The notes beneath the pieces are model-generated. The model saw only the letters and a program-made list of their open reading frames with translations, searched no databases and was not told the origin of the DNA. This document shows positions 13,530-25,400 of a stretch of DNA of 64,000 nucleotides, piece by piece. The position numbers and the translations under genes were made by a program. This stretch comes from Ascidiella aspersa (taxonomy: Eukaryota). Position 1 is the stretch's first letter. Each line of letters begins with the position of its first letter. The DNA is taken from NCBI GenBank assembly GCA_963924565.1, contig OZ004609.1:6448001-6512000 (forward strand). Reading direction: 5' to 3'.

Positions 13530-14060
13530 TTTTTTTTAGATTTTATCTACTTTTCCACCAACTTAATATTCGCCCGAAAGGGCTAGAGAGGATCTTAACC
13601 TAATCCGCCCCCTAAAAATGTTAAACAGCAAAAATAATCCAAATAAAGGCAACAAATTCCTTATAACAGACTCAAGTTTGTCCATTTCCGGTTTCTGATT
13701 TCTATCCAAACAACGAATTGCCACTCAGTTGCCAATATTGAATGTTGCTATTCGTGCTCGTTACTGAATAACTTTCCAAAGGCTAATTAAAACGTTAAGT
13801 AAGGTAAAGTCTAGCAACATAGCTAACAAAAACTTTTTCTAAGTTTACAATCTTGGGTAAAACGAAGCGAGGATTTCTCGGTAAAAGCGAAGCGAATATT
13901 ACAACGTGTAAAAATTGTTTTGTAATATAGTACATTGTTATGATATTTGACGTAAATGCATTCAGCTGTTACCTTTTTCTGTGAAATTTTTCTGAGTGTT
14001 CTATTACCTTGACTGTTAGTAAAGTAATTACCTACTTTCTTCAATTAATATACCTATATG

Positions 14061-15071
14061 CAGTGGTGGGATTCAATTTTTTTGTCAGCCGATTCTATCA
14101 CAAAAGTCATACATTTCAGTGGGATCTGTTGCAAAAAGTCATATTTTCCGGGAAATAATTGAAGTAGTTGCAAGAACAGGATGAAACAGGTTTCAGCGAA
14201 TGTTGCGAACTACGAACCAGACTTGGACAACTAGATAATTCTAGTTTTCTAATTCATTGAATTAGAGCAAAATGCGGCTAATTCTACTTCTAATCTAATT
14301 TGTGAATTGCTTGTTTGCTCTAATTCTAGTTCTAATCTAATTTGGATTTTACCAAAAATGCTACTTTGTCCAACGGCATTTTTAGTCTCTCAGTTCAAAC
14401 ACAGAATTTCAATTAAAATTTTCTGGTTGGAACGACTTGTATGTAATTTTTACAGGCTAAAAAGCATAAAAATGCATATAAATTAGCACACACATATTTA
14501 CCATTCACGTTCTTATAAGAATAAATTGTGATTAAATTAAATTGGTTGTAAAAACTAAATGTGATTCTAGTTCAAATTCTAGTTGAAATTTGATTTTTTA
14601 GGAATTCGGTAATTCTAATTCTAGTCTAATTTCAGAAAACTTAAAACGATCTAATTCTAATTCTAATCTAATTTGGAAAAACTAAAATGCTCTAATTCTA
14701 ATCTAATTTTAAAAAGCTAAAATAAATCTAGTTGTCCAAGTCTGCTACGAACAGGCTCAATCCCATCACTGCTAACAGCCACACTAAAAAGCAGCAGTCG
14801 TATAATGGCTACTTATGACGCAACAATTAGACTTTCAGATAAACAATCACAAAGGAAAAATTACTACAATTATAACTGTTACGTGCGACCTTGACCATTG
14901 CACATTTTGAAAAAAAACACATGAGCTACTTGAATCTGAAAAGATCAATTTATTGAATAAAATGCAAAAGTCTATTGACAGTAGCCAGTAATGCTAACCG
15001 GTTCGCTGATCACATAAATTTTGTGAGACGGTTCTATAGAACCGGTGCGAACCGGCTGAATCCCACCACTG
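14061..15071. mobile_element. hAT-type element with CAGTGGTGGGATTCA TIRs, hosting a nested MITE
   Basis: TIR CAGTGGTGGGATTCA / TGAATCCCACCACTG; flank CCTATATG on the left and CCTATAT(G) on the right, interrupted by the next insertion; an extra TIR-like end at ~14757-14771. Confidence 0.7.
14218..14744. mobile_element. Nested hAT-type MITE with internal TCTAAT-like repeats
   Basis: Perfect TIR CAGACTTGGACAACTAGAT / ATCTAGTTGTCCAAGTCTG; perfect 8-bp TSD CTACGAAC (14210-14217, 14745-14752). Confidence 0.9.
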
Positions 15072-15078
15072 CCTATAT

Positions 15079-15575
15079 CAGTGGTTCTCAAACTGGGGTC
15101 CGCGAGACAATTTTTCGGGACCACAAGGCACCTAACAAAAATCAACACGACGTTCCTAAAAGAAGAAATTTTTCTGTGCATTAAAATTTTCAGGCAACTT
15201 ACTTTTCCAAGCAAGCTGATTGGTTGTTTATTCACGTTATTGTAGGCTTCGAGTTAAATTGTGCATTGTGACGTCATAGTGTTGCATTGTGCTAATGGGA
15301 ATTACGTTTTTACAGCTGCTGCGTTGCCACTGCGAGCTGTGCCTGTGCGGTAACGGTTTTAAAACTGTACATTGCTTTACTTTAATAAAGTGATTCGTTA
15401 GAGGTTAACAAAGGCGAGCTGATAGCAAAGAAGCAAGTGCACCGTCCCATTGATACCATTAAAAACAACGTGTTATTTTGTGTTAATTTTTTTATATTTT
15501 CAAGGGACCGTGAGCAATTTAAAAAATTGGGGGGGACCGTTGCGTAAGTTTTTTAAAAAAGTTTGAGAACCACTG
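15079..15575. mobile_element. hAT-type MITE
   Basis: TIR CAGTGGTTCTCAAACT / AGTTTGAGAACCACTG; perfect TSD GCCTATAT (15071-15078, 15576-15583). Confidence 0.9.
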
Positions 15576-16447
15576 GCCTATATGGTTGAGCTTTTCTTAC
15601 AATTTTATTTGTTCGATACATATTGCAATCAAAATTAACCCGAAACATAATTTGACCATTTTCTTTCAGACATCTTAATTTAAACTAGACGGGGTTGCGG
15701 TTGTTGTACTTTTTTCAAGGGGTTATTTTATTTAGGCCTGTATTGTCATTAGTGGTTCAATAATTGGGTCATTATAAATAGGGTAATTTACCAGGGTAAC
15801 TCATGAAATACTATATATTACCCGTTTGTTTGTTGATTTTAGGGCATTGTTGTACTTTTCCTTGACTTCCTGCAAGCAAAAACAGATAAGGGCCGAAAAA
15901 TGTTTTGCCATTAAAAATGAATTTTCAGATGCAAAAGGTAGTTAGCCAAGAAAAACATTTTCTGTGATCGTTTTTTTGAAAAGACTATGCAAAATTCATT
16001 TATTTAAGTTATACCAACCCCGCTCTCAAGAAACTCCTTTAGACAAATACACAACGCAAAACAGTTTTTTCATAAATCAATTTTTGTAATAATTTGCCAT
16101 AAAATCACCCGATTGTTGGGTGATGCAAACAGGGATATGCAGCATCATTTTTTGACGGCTTGCTAGCGAACAATTTTCTATAAATAGTATATTGACATTC
16201 TAAAAACGGAAATAACAAAAACATAACGAATTCTGTATTGCAGATATGGCAACCGCTAGATAGGGGAAGAGATCTTAAAGAAAGGTATGCGATGACGTCA
16301 CTTTATTAAACGTGGGGTGAAAAGGAAAAAAATTATGTGGGTGAAATGGAAAAAATTAAAGCGTTTATCACTCATGTGTTATCACGTTATAACACTCCTC
16401 TGAATCAAATGCTGTATATTGATTAGGTACGTGAATTCGCTTTAAAT

Positions 16448-16577
16448 AAATTCATCAAAAAGGTAAATTAATCAAAATTGGAATGGTCAATTCATCAAAA
16501 TTGAAAAGGTACATTTAATAAAATTAGAAAGGCTAATTCATCGAAATTGGAAAGGTAAATGCATCAAAATTGAAGTT
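16448..16577. repeat. ~23-bp minisatellite, about 6 degenerate units
   Basis: Unit close to AAATTCATCAAAATTGGAAAGGT, repeated in tandem. Confidence 0.85.
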
Positions 16578-19483
16578 TGTCTCGGAAAATGGTATTATAA
16601 TCATTTTAAGTTTTTTTTTTCTACTAAACTTAAATTAACTAACTTTGATTTTATTGTTCGTAATAATAAACTTTACGTGTCTAGAAAAATGGAACTTTAT
16701 TAGAGATCTATGCCCACAAATAGTTTCAATAATTCCTTGTTAATGTTGATCATGAACATTAAGTCACTGGATGTAACACACCTTGAAAAATACTAGGACG
16801 TCGAACGTATATCGGGTGTGGCAAATCACAATTATTGAAAAGTCTTTTGAAAAAACAAAAGGCGATTTACCATCAGTCAAGGTTATGTAAGCAAAAGTTT
16901 TGTATCGTGAATTTCATCCATTGTGCGATCATTGTTGTTTGCCAAACTGTATTGCAGAGGTTATCAAACTTTTTAGCGTGCGACACAACAAAATAATATT
17001 CACGGCACACTTTCTACAAAACTACAATTTCATAACTTGAAAATCACATCTTCATCGCAAGACAAGGGGTGAAAGACTTAACGTTATCAGTTAACTAATT
17101 GCGTGGTGCAGTCCCATGTATGCTCGATTGCTTGCATAACTGTTTGGAATAAACGGAGAGATTTTTGAATTAACAAAACGTTCCGCAGTTATCAAACGAG
17201 CACACTGGTGTGCCCAAGTTGTGAAAAACTCTTGGAACTTAAGCTTGTTATGACGTACAAGCATCCACACTCAATCTTGTTGCGTAATTGCATAACGGCG
17301 AACACAACTGTAAAATGTCCGTGTGGAAAGCATGGTTTGTAGTCCACGCCACCATTGCACGTGGTCTATGCAAACTTGTTGTCCGAAAAGAAACGTTAAA
17401 TGATAATCTGAGTGGCACAGACGATAATAATATATTTCGATGTTGCCGTAATTTTGACTTTTAACATTGAATATAATCAATGACATTTGTCCATAAATGT
17501 CCATTATGTTTTATTTGCATGCGAAACATTTTGCACTTTTGGTGTGATTGCATTTTTCAGTTAAAATTTAAAATTTTAAGTCTTCCTAATCCTTGCGAAT
17601 AATTTCGTTTTTCATGGCATTGTAGCAATAAATAAACGTTGCTGTGTAATCGCATAACCTTTCTATTCATATCGAGCGTAACCTAGTTCCTCTCCTCCGC
17701 GGACCCCTAAAATTTTTTTTGCTTTGCATGGACCCCGGTAGACAAGAAATACTCCAAAATGACGTCATAAATTGACGTCACAAAACAAATAGTTTTCATA
17801 ACTCTGTTATTTCGGTCCAAAAAATGTGAAAGTTAAATGGAGTCCAACTATACATTCAGTCCAAAACAGTTCAATTTTTAATTAAAGTATTTTCTTTTAA
17901 AAAATAATTACTTTAAGTATACACTAGTTTTTTAACTAGGCCTTTATGGACCCCCTAAAACTAGTTCACCGACCCCCAGGGGGTCCATGGACCCCAGTTT
18001 AAGAACCCCTGCTTTAGTATGTTTCACTTTTCTTTACGTCGTTTTCGTTCAATCAAATAACACTTCATCCCTCAGCAAAGCAGTAGAACCACCCCCAAAC
18101 TGCAGCTGTGATATAGAACGTTTGTGCGCCCAACTGTGCCATAATGGATAAACGACGTAGATAAATTGTATTTTTGTTTAAAAATTGACTTTCCTAAACC
18201 CACTCAATTGCAACTCTGAATCAGTAGTCGCACATCTGCGAATTTATATCTAAACGTTACACATGGTGACATAATGAAAAGTAACTGTATGGACACCACG
18301 CAATTCGTTTATTTGGTTAAAGTTTTATACTGGTGTTACTTTTAATACAAAAGCTATAACAATGTTATTGATTCGCGCATGGCGCAAAAACGCTATTTTA
18401 TTTGAATCGTCAAAGTTGCCAAAAGTTTTATTTTCGATGTTGCGATAGGATGTACTAAAAACAAATTTATCCAAATTGGCTGAGACATTCTTGGAACAAA
18501 ATTAGTTTCGTGTGAAATGCGAAAATTGAATTTACTTAGTTAAAATTGCCATAAATACAGTTTTGGGTGCGGCCACGTGCCCCCCGCCTCTGGATCCACC
18601 CCTGCCTAAAGCTAAGAGTTGGTCCACCTTTGCAATACATCGCGTGATTGTCAGGCGCTCGCGTGATTGCCCGGAAATGAGTGAATGCGTTGGGGTCCAA
18701 ACTGATGGATAAGGGCTTTAACGTAATTTCCTTTAGATCAAGGAACTATTTAGCCGTACGGCCTCAACAAAGAGCTTAGCGTTTTGTTGTTGCACGCAGT
18801 TTGATGTAAGCGCCTTACTGCTGGAACGAGATAAATTTGGAAATTTGTGTAGGTTTATGAACTGCAATATCAGGTTAGTTTATGACATACAAATTTTAAC
18901 CCGTGATTCTTAACCTTTTCCTACCGCCTATCAGTTTGTGGTGTTTTTACTGTCGCTATGTGCCACCTGCTTTCAGTATAAATCATTTTACTCAAGCTTA
19001 CGCAGCTTTAATACATATTCCTATGAGAATAAATTGCGATTTAAGCAAAAATACGAATATGTATAAATACGGGTAACGCCGTATAATTTTTGTTAGCGGG
19101 GTGTGCGTTTGGGCAAACCCCATACTTTTAAAAAACGTAATAGCTTTACATTTGGGTTTATTGTTTTGTTTTCCACTTGTGCCTGAAAGCTAATAGTTAA
19201 CCGTGTGCTGAAGGTTGAGAAGCACTGATTTAAACAAATCAAGTTTAAAAAGTTTGTTTAGAACCAGAAAAGAAGGTTTTAGGTATGATCAACTTGGTAT
19301 GAAAAATGACAAAAAAATGTACAATCAACAAGTTGAATACCGGTACTGATTAAATGATTTTGCAAAAATTGAGTTGTTTTGTCTGTTATTTTGAACATAC
19401 AAGCGTCAGGTTAAAAAAACATGAATAAGCCAAGTTTACATGATTAACTTTTTTTTTGAGCAGGCTTGTGTAAAGTTGAACTT

Positions 19484-22400
19484 ATGCGAGTGAAAATGGA
19501 CGAAGCGTTAGAGGAACTTAGTGAAAATGTCCAAGATATTAACTTGGTGAGTGTTTGTGTTCAACTCGGGGGTGAAGGTACATGTATTTGCATCGTAACC
19601 CATTAAAAATTTGAAATATGACGTCACAGAGTTACGTCATAACGAGTGACTAAAACAAGCAACCTTTAGGAAACGTGAGGTGGTCGTTCAGTCTAATGCA
19701 CAAACATGAAATTTATCTTAGCTTTAAATACATTTAGGAACAAAAAATACTTTATCGGAACGCCGTTCCGAACCGTTTTAGCACAGGTTCAACCTGTAAC
19801 AAACTATTTCACGGCAATATTGCGGGAACATACAGTGAGAGCTAAAAAACAACTACATCGTATTTCGTTTTGATACCTTGTTCAACTCTCAGCTATTGAT
19901 CCTACTTTTGGTCTCATTCCGAACTGTGTTTTGTTCCGATGTTGATGTTACTTAAATTTAGGTCTTATCGCTGGAACGCCAACTTACCTTTATTATGTGA
20001 ACAGAACAACGCAATTGTTATCCCTGGAGGAGAAGTTCACCTGACAGAAGTCACCCAAGTGACACAAAATATCAACGTCACAGAAGTTGTCTACATCGGT
20101 AACCTGGGCAACGTTGTTGGAGCAGATGACGTCATTGCCTCAGGTGAGGCTATTTTCTTTTATGGATATTTTTTTGAAGTTACGGATCCGATAGGTGCAC
20201 ATTTTAGTTTACCACAGCGAGTGTAGGTAAATTGGGTTTAGCGTCAGATGGGTAAAGAACGAATATGTGTTGAAATGATGTCGGCAGTTTTTCGCTTCTG
20301 GTTTGTTACTTGTATTCTATAACTATTGGTGGAAACCAGGGCTGCGGAGTCGGAGTCGGACCCGGGCTCGGGACTTGAGGAATCAGTTTGTTTTTGCTAG
20401 AGTCGGATGGACTCGGGACTCTAGTAAGACCTTCTAAAACTACCCGAGTCCCGAGTCCGACATGCGCATGCGCAGTACCAAATTTTAAAACCGATATGGC
20501 CGCCAAATAGAAATTTTAAAGATGGAATATTATATGGTGGAATATTTTCCGACCATGTATTCTAAGTGAATAAATTATACGACACCCCTATAAGTTGGTT
20601 GCTGAATATCCACGTTATTTTAGTTGCGTAAAAGGGTGAAACACAGGTTGTAGAGTCCGGGCCGGACTCGGGACTCGAGAAAATCGAACATTTGGCAGGA
20701 GTCGGACTCGGGAGTCGGACTCGGGTTATTTTTAACCGACTCCACAGCCCTGGTGGAAACTATGATAAAGAATTTTTGGAGAATGTCGGTTTTAGATTAA
20801 CAGGTGTGCCGCAAAACGTTTTGTAATTTTGGGAAAATAAGTTATTTGTACTACCAAATGGCATACACGCATGTATTTTGACCTAAACACGCACCACCCT
20901 TTACAAATTAGTAATATTGATTTACATATAGCTTGTCGTGTGTTACGGGCGATTGTAACATTGCTCTATTGTTGTTTTGTTAAACGTGAGTGTCGCGAGC
21001 TAAAAAAGGATAGGAAACCACTGGTTTTAAGGCTTCACTTGTCCAACCAATTTAGAGTAATGGCCGATTGTCACTGCATGCAATGATTTATTTCGTGATT
21101 TTTGTTGCAAACGTGCAGGTTCTCGCATCGCCTCGCTTGAACAACGAGTTGAAAAGAAAGGTAAGTTCGACATATTTCTTTTTAATAAATCTTTAAAAAA
21201 AATTAATAATCCAACAAATAGAAATAAGTTTAGTTGTGTTTTACCCTGAGACCACAAGACCTAACGTTCACATGCGTCGGTGTGACTTTTCCTGGGTAGG
21301 TTTGTACGACTGCAAAACCCAGCCCTTAATTTGATTTTGTCTAATGGAGAACTGTTTGAATCTGTATGAACATATTAAAGCGCTACTATGACGTAAATTA
21401 TTTTTGAACAATTTTAATTGAATTTCAAACTTCGTTTTAATTTACTCTTAACACGAGGAAGCTCCCGGGCGTTATTTACCAGGCTCTCTCGGGTACACTT
21501 ACACCAATTGGCAACTTTATATCTATTTAACTACTTTGCTGTCCCGTGTAAATAGCCTCTTCCAAATTTGAAGCTATGTTGAATTTATGTGCATAATACT
21601 CAGAAAAAAGAGTTTTAAAATAATAGTTTGCGTCATACCGTCACAAAGTGCATCCTAAAATTTCGTTATTTAAAAATAAATAATAAACAATGGCCATAGT
21701 CGTTGAAGTAAAAGCACATTTAGCCTTTCCACATGGCCGCTTCAAAGGTGGCTTTAAAGGTGGCCTGGCCACCTTGCCTCCCAAAAAGCCACTTTTCCGC
21801 CAAAAAGGTGGCTTTTCGCTGGCCCTACTCCAGAGTAGGTCCAGGCCACTGTGGCTTTTGCGAAAGGTGGCTTTTGGGTGTGCGTATCGTAAGGTTTTCG
21901 GTTTGCCCAGTTCACCTTCTACCTAATTTCGGTTTATGTGTTGTTAAGTGACGATTTTTACGCAGCCATGTGTTCCATAGCGAAGGCAAGGTACATTTTA
22001 GTGCCAAAAGGTGTATTGTAATTAAAATTTAGGCGCTCGTCTAGAATCCTACCACAACGAACATTATTTGGGTTAGGGTGCCGGTTTGGGTTTGGGTGAG
22101 TCCAGTAATAGTGTTAAACAATATTACTTGACCTACCCACACCCAAACACTAACCGACACCCTAACCCACATATTATGCATTGCTTAATAATCATTTCAA
22201 CGTTGTGGTAGGATTCTAGCAGCGCCAAAATTTATTGTATAGTTAACGGTTTTAGAATACTGTGTGCTAGGTTCACCTTATTTTGTACTTTGCAACACAC
22301 GTTGCTGTGATTTAAACGATCAGTTTTTTTGCGTGACAAAGCTATTTGCAGCTGCCACAACGTGTTTGGAGAGGTCAGCAGCACATGCCTTGTTATGGAA

Positions 22401-25400
22401 AAAATAATTTTGCTGAGGAACCAGCAGTGGCTTTAGAGCTAAATTGCAGTATGTTTATCTGTTTTTGGGGGGGTATTGTATATTTTCTAAATCACTTCGG
22501 TGAGTGTGTGATGCTATATTTTGCTAACAACTTACCAACAATATTTTTTGGTTGTTTTAGCAACTGTTCTGTATTTTAATTATCTTGTTACAAAACAAAA
22601 GTGTTATTTCCTAACTTTAATTCTCTTTAATAGCTTGCCATGAATTCTAGGGCAAAATGGTCAGAACAAGCAACCTGTAATCTTATAATTGTATTCAATA
22701 GAATAATTTGTTGGAAAAATGAATTTGAAAAATGTCCGATTTTTTGTTTGACGCAATTACAAAGGATATTCCTCCTCAAAGTAAGTGCATGAAGATTTTT
22801 CAATTTGTTTGCTTATTTTTAATGACAATTCATCAAACAGTTTACGAACAAAATAACAAATGGAAACAAAATCAAGAAACTTGCAATGACCTTTGTGGTG
22901 GTTTAAATAACTTTGTCCTCATCAACCAAAGCAATGTCTCGACCATATTTCCAACTATTAAACAGAATATTAGCATCCTGTCCTAGCAGTATGGTACGTT
23001 TTATTGCAATTTTAATTATCAGGTAATATATTGCTAAATTATTTTCATCCTGCTGTTTTTTTTGACAACTTTTGGGTATTTAAATATGTTCTATAATGTG
23101 AAAAGTTTAGCAGTGTCTTGCTGTCTTTAGGCATCCGCCAGTGAGGGTGTTGAATTGATACCAATTCAAACTCAGGAACATCAATTCTCATCTCAAGCTG
23201 TTGACAACTGATGAACCAGCACACCACAGCAGTCGCTGAGTCAGTTGGGGTAACAGGTAAAATTTGAGTTTTATTTTGTTTATTTAGTAAAACTTTTAGT
23301 TTTGTCCGCAACGACAAATTTACTTACTACTGAACTTCAAATCATTGTTTTTATATTGTATAGAAAATGAATCAGAAAAGTCTTTGGACGAAATGATAAA
23401 CTTAATTGCTGATGAGGGTGAAAGGGATAGAGCAAAGATTTCACAAGAAAATGGAAAGATGATCAATGCAATGGGAGAATAAAAACATTATTGATGCCCT
23501 CCCTTAAAGTAAATAACTTCCCATACTTTGGTAGCTTTAACTGAATTTGTTTATACCTTTCTTTTTAAATGGTTTTTTAAAATCACTGTTTGTCAACATA
23601 TTAAAGAAATGTTTTTTCTTGTTCGTTTTTGTCATTCTGTTTTTTAAATGCACTGTACACGTTTTTTTTTTGTAATTTATTATCTTGCTATAACATTTTT
23701 GTTATTAACATTTGCTATACATTCTTGAGTTTTTATTTGAATAAACATTTAAAAATATCAAAATTGATAACTTGTTATCTTTGCACAATTGTCAGCAAGA
23801 TATTGACAGATGATGTTCCTCACTAAACTATTCTCTGTTGAGCCTGTACCTTGTGGTATAATGGCAGGTAACCTTGTGGTATAATGGCAGGCTTAGATAT
23901 ATCTCTATAAAATATGGAAGGTCTGGGGTTCTTTTATGTTAACAAATATTATGCAAAATACAACAAATTGTGAAAATCCTTGGTGCATCTGAAACTTTGA
24001 CAGCAATCCGCTTTTGCAAAATCATCTTTAATAGGAAAAAATGAGGATATAACAATTTGTAGTCAGCAACCGCGGTCTCTTTCTTACTTTTGGTTTCCAA
24101 ATAAACTTGTCTCTTTTAGCTACTATTTCATATATCTCCAAAATACTACATCTTGGCAATAATTTTTCGGTCTGTTATCGCTTGTATACCCAAAGACAAC
24201 CGTACGAATGATAGAAAACTCTGGCACAAACAGCGTTCACTTTATCTAAACGGCCATGTGAATTGACCGCTAAAAGTGGCCAAAAAAGCCACCTTTTTCA
24301 GCCGGCCACCTTTGAAAAAGCCACCTTTCAAGTTGGCCATGTGGAAAGGCTAATTGTAATGTTATTCTAGCTTGTAAGCGAGCAATTTAACCGACGGCTT
24401 TTAGAAGCCATTGCTTTTGGAAAAAAATATTGGTGCTGGTCTAGAATCCTCCCACAACCAACATTATTTAGGATAGGGTTTGGGAATATTATTACTAAGT
24501 GATAACTGATAATACTTGACCCATCCTAACCTAAATATTGTGCGTTGCATTAGTAATTGCTTAAACGCTGTGGTAGGATTGTAGACCAGCACAAATTGTT
24601 TTATGTAATTTGCGTGGCTAACACCAACGTATTTTTTCACTTGTTTTAGCCATGTATTATTCTTATTGTGGATTGTTTGCATTGGCTGCCATGACCAATA
24701 TTATTTATTTTTAAATTTCACAATTATTTTTTTAGCGTTGGTAGAATCCTACCACTTAGTCTTACCAAAATGAGTAGTTGAAATTGCAAGAATAAATATG
24801 CATATATTGTTTCTGCCAGGCATTTCTTCAATTGTAAAATTGCTCTTATGGAATTTTTTAACGAAACACCTGCGTTTTTCACTAGCGGCTTCAGAAAGCC
24901 TTGTTTTTCATATTGTCCGGGTATTGGGTGTTATTCTTGTTTTTTTCACACCTTGTGGTTTAGATCGTGGTCCATAGTGTTTTTCCTTTTTTTGTTTGTC
25001 TTGTGTATTTTGCACCTATATTGTTGCAAAATTATATTACCCTGAAGAAAACTGCCTGTATATAGGTGGTCGAAACATGGGTAACTTTAATTTACTACAA
25101 TTAAGGACAAAATATTTATGGGAGAATAAATATAATATTGATATTGTACCCACCACTTTCTAGTACCACTTGTCGACCCTGTTAAAACTAAGCTTTTAGT
25201 TCTCTTATTTCGGTGCTGGTCTAGAATCCTACCACAATTATTAAAGTGTTGTTATATGAATCATTATATAATAATAATACTTGACCCACCCTAACCCAAA
25301 CGACAACTCGCACCCTAACCTAAATAATGTGTGTTGTGGTAGGATTTTAGACCAGCGCTCTTATTTCTTATGAATTATATTTTTGTCAAATACTACACCG

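Noticed and set aside
17271-17640. Minus-strand Cys/His-containing ORF, possibly a BED-finger or transposase relic
   Set aside because: No coherent motif and no supported splice structure.
20011-20025. AIVIP in the NLR N-terminus as an IAP-binding motif linking it to the neighbouring IAP
   Set aside because: It lacks Pro at position 3 and no protease site would expose the Ala.
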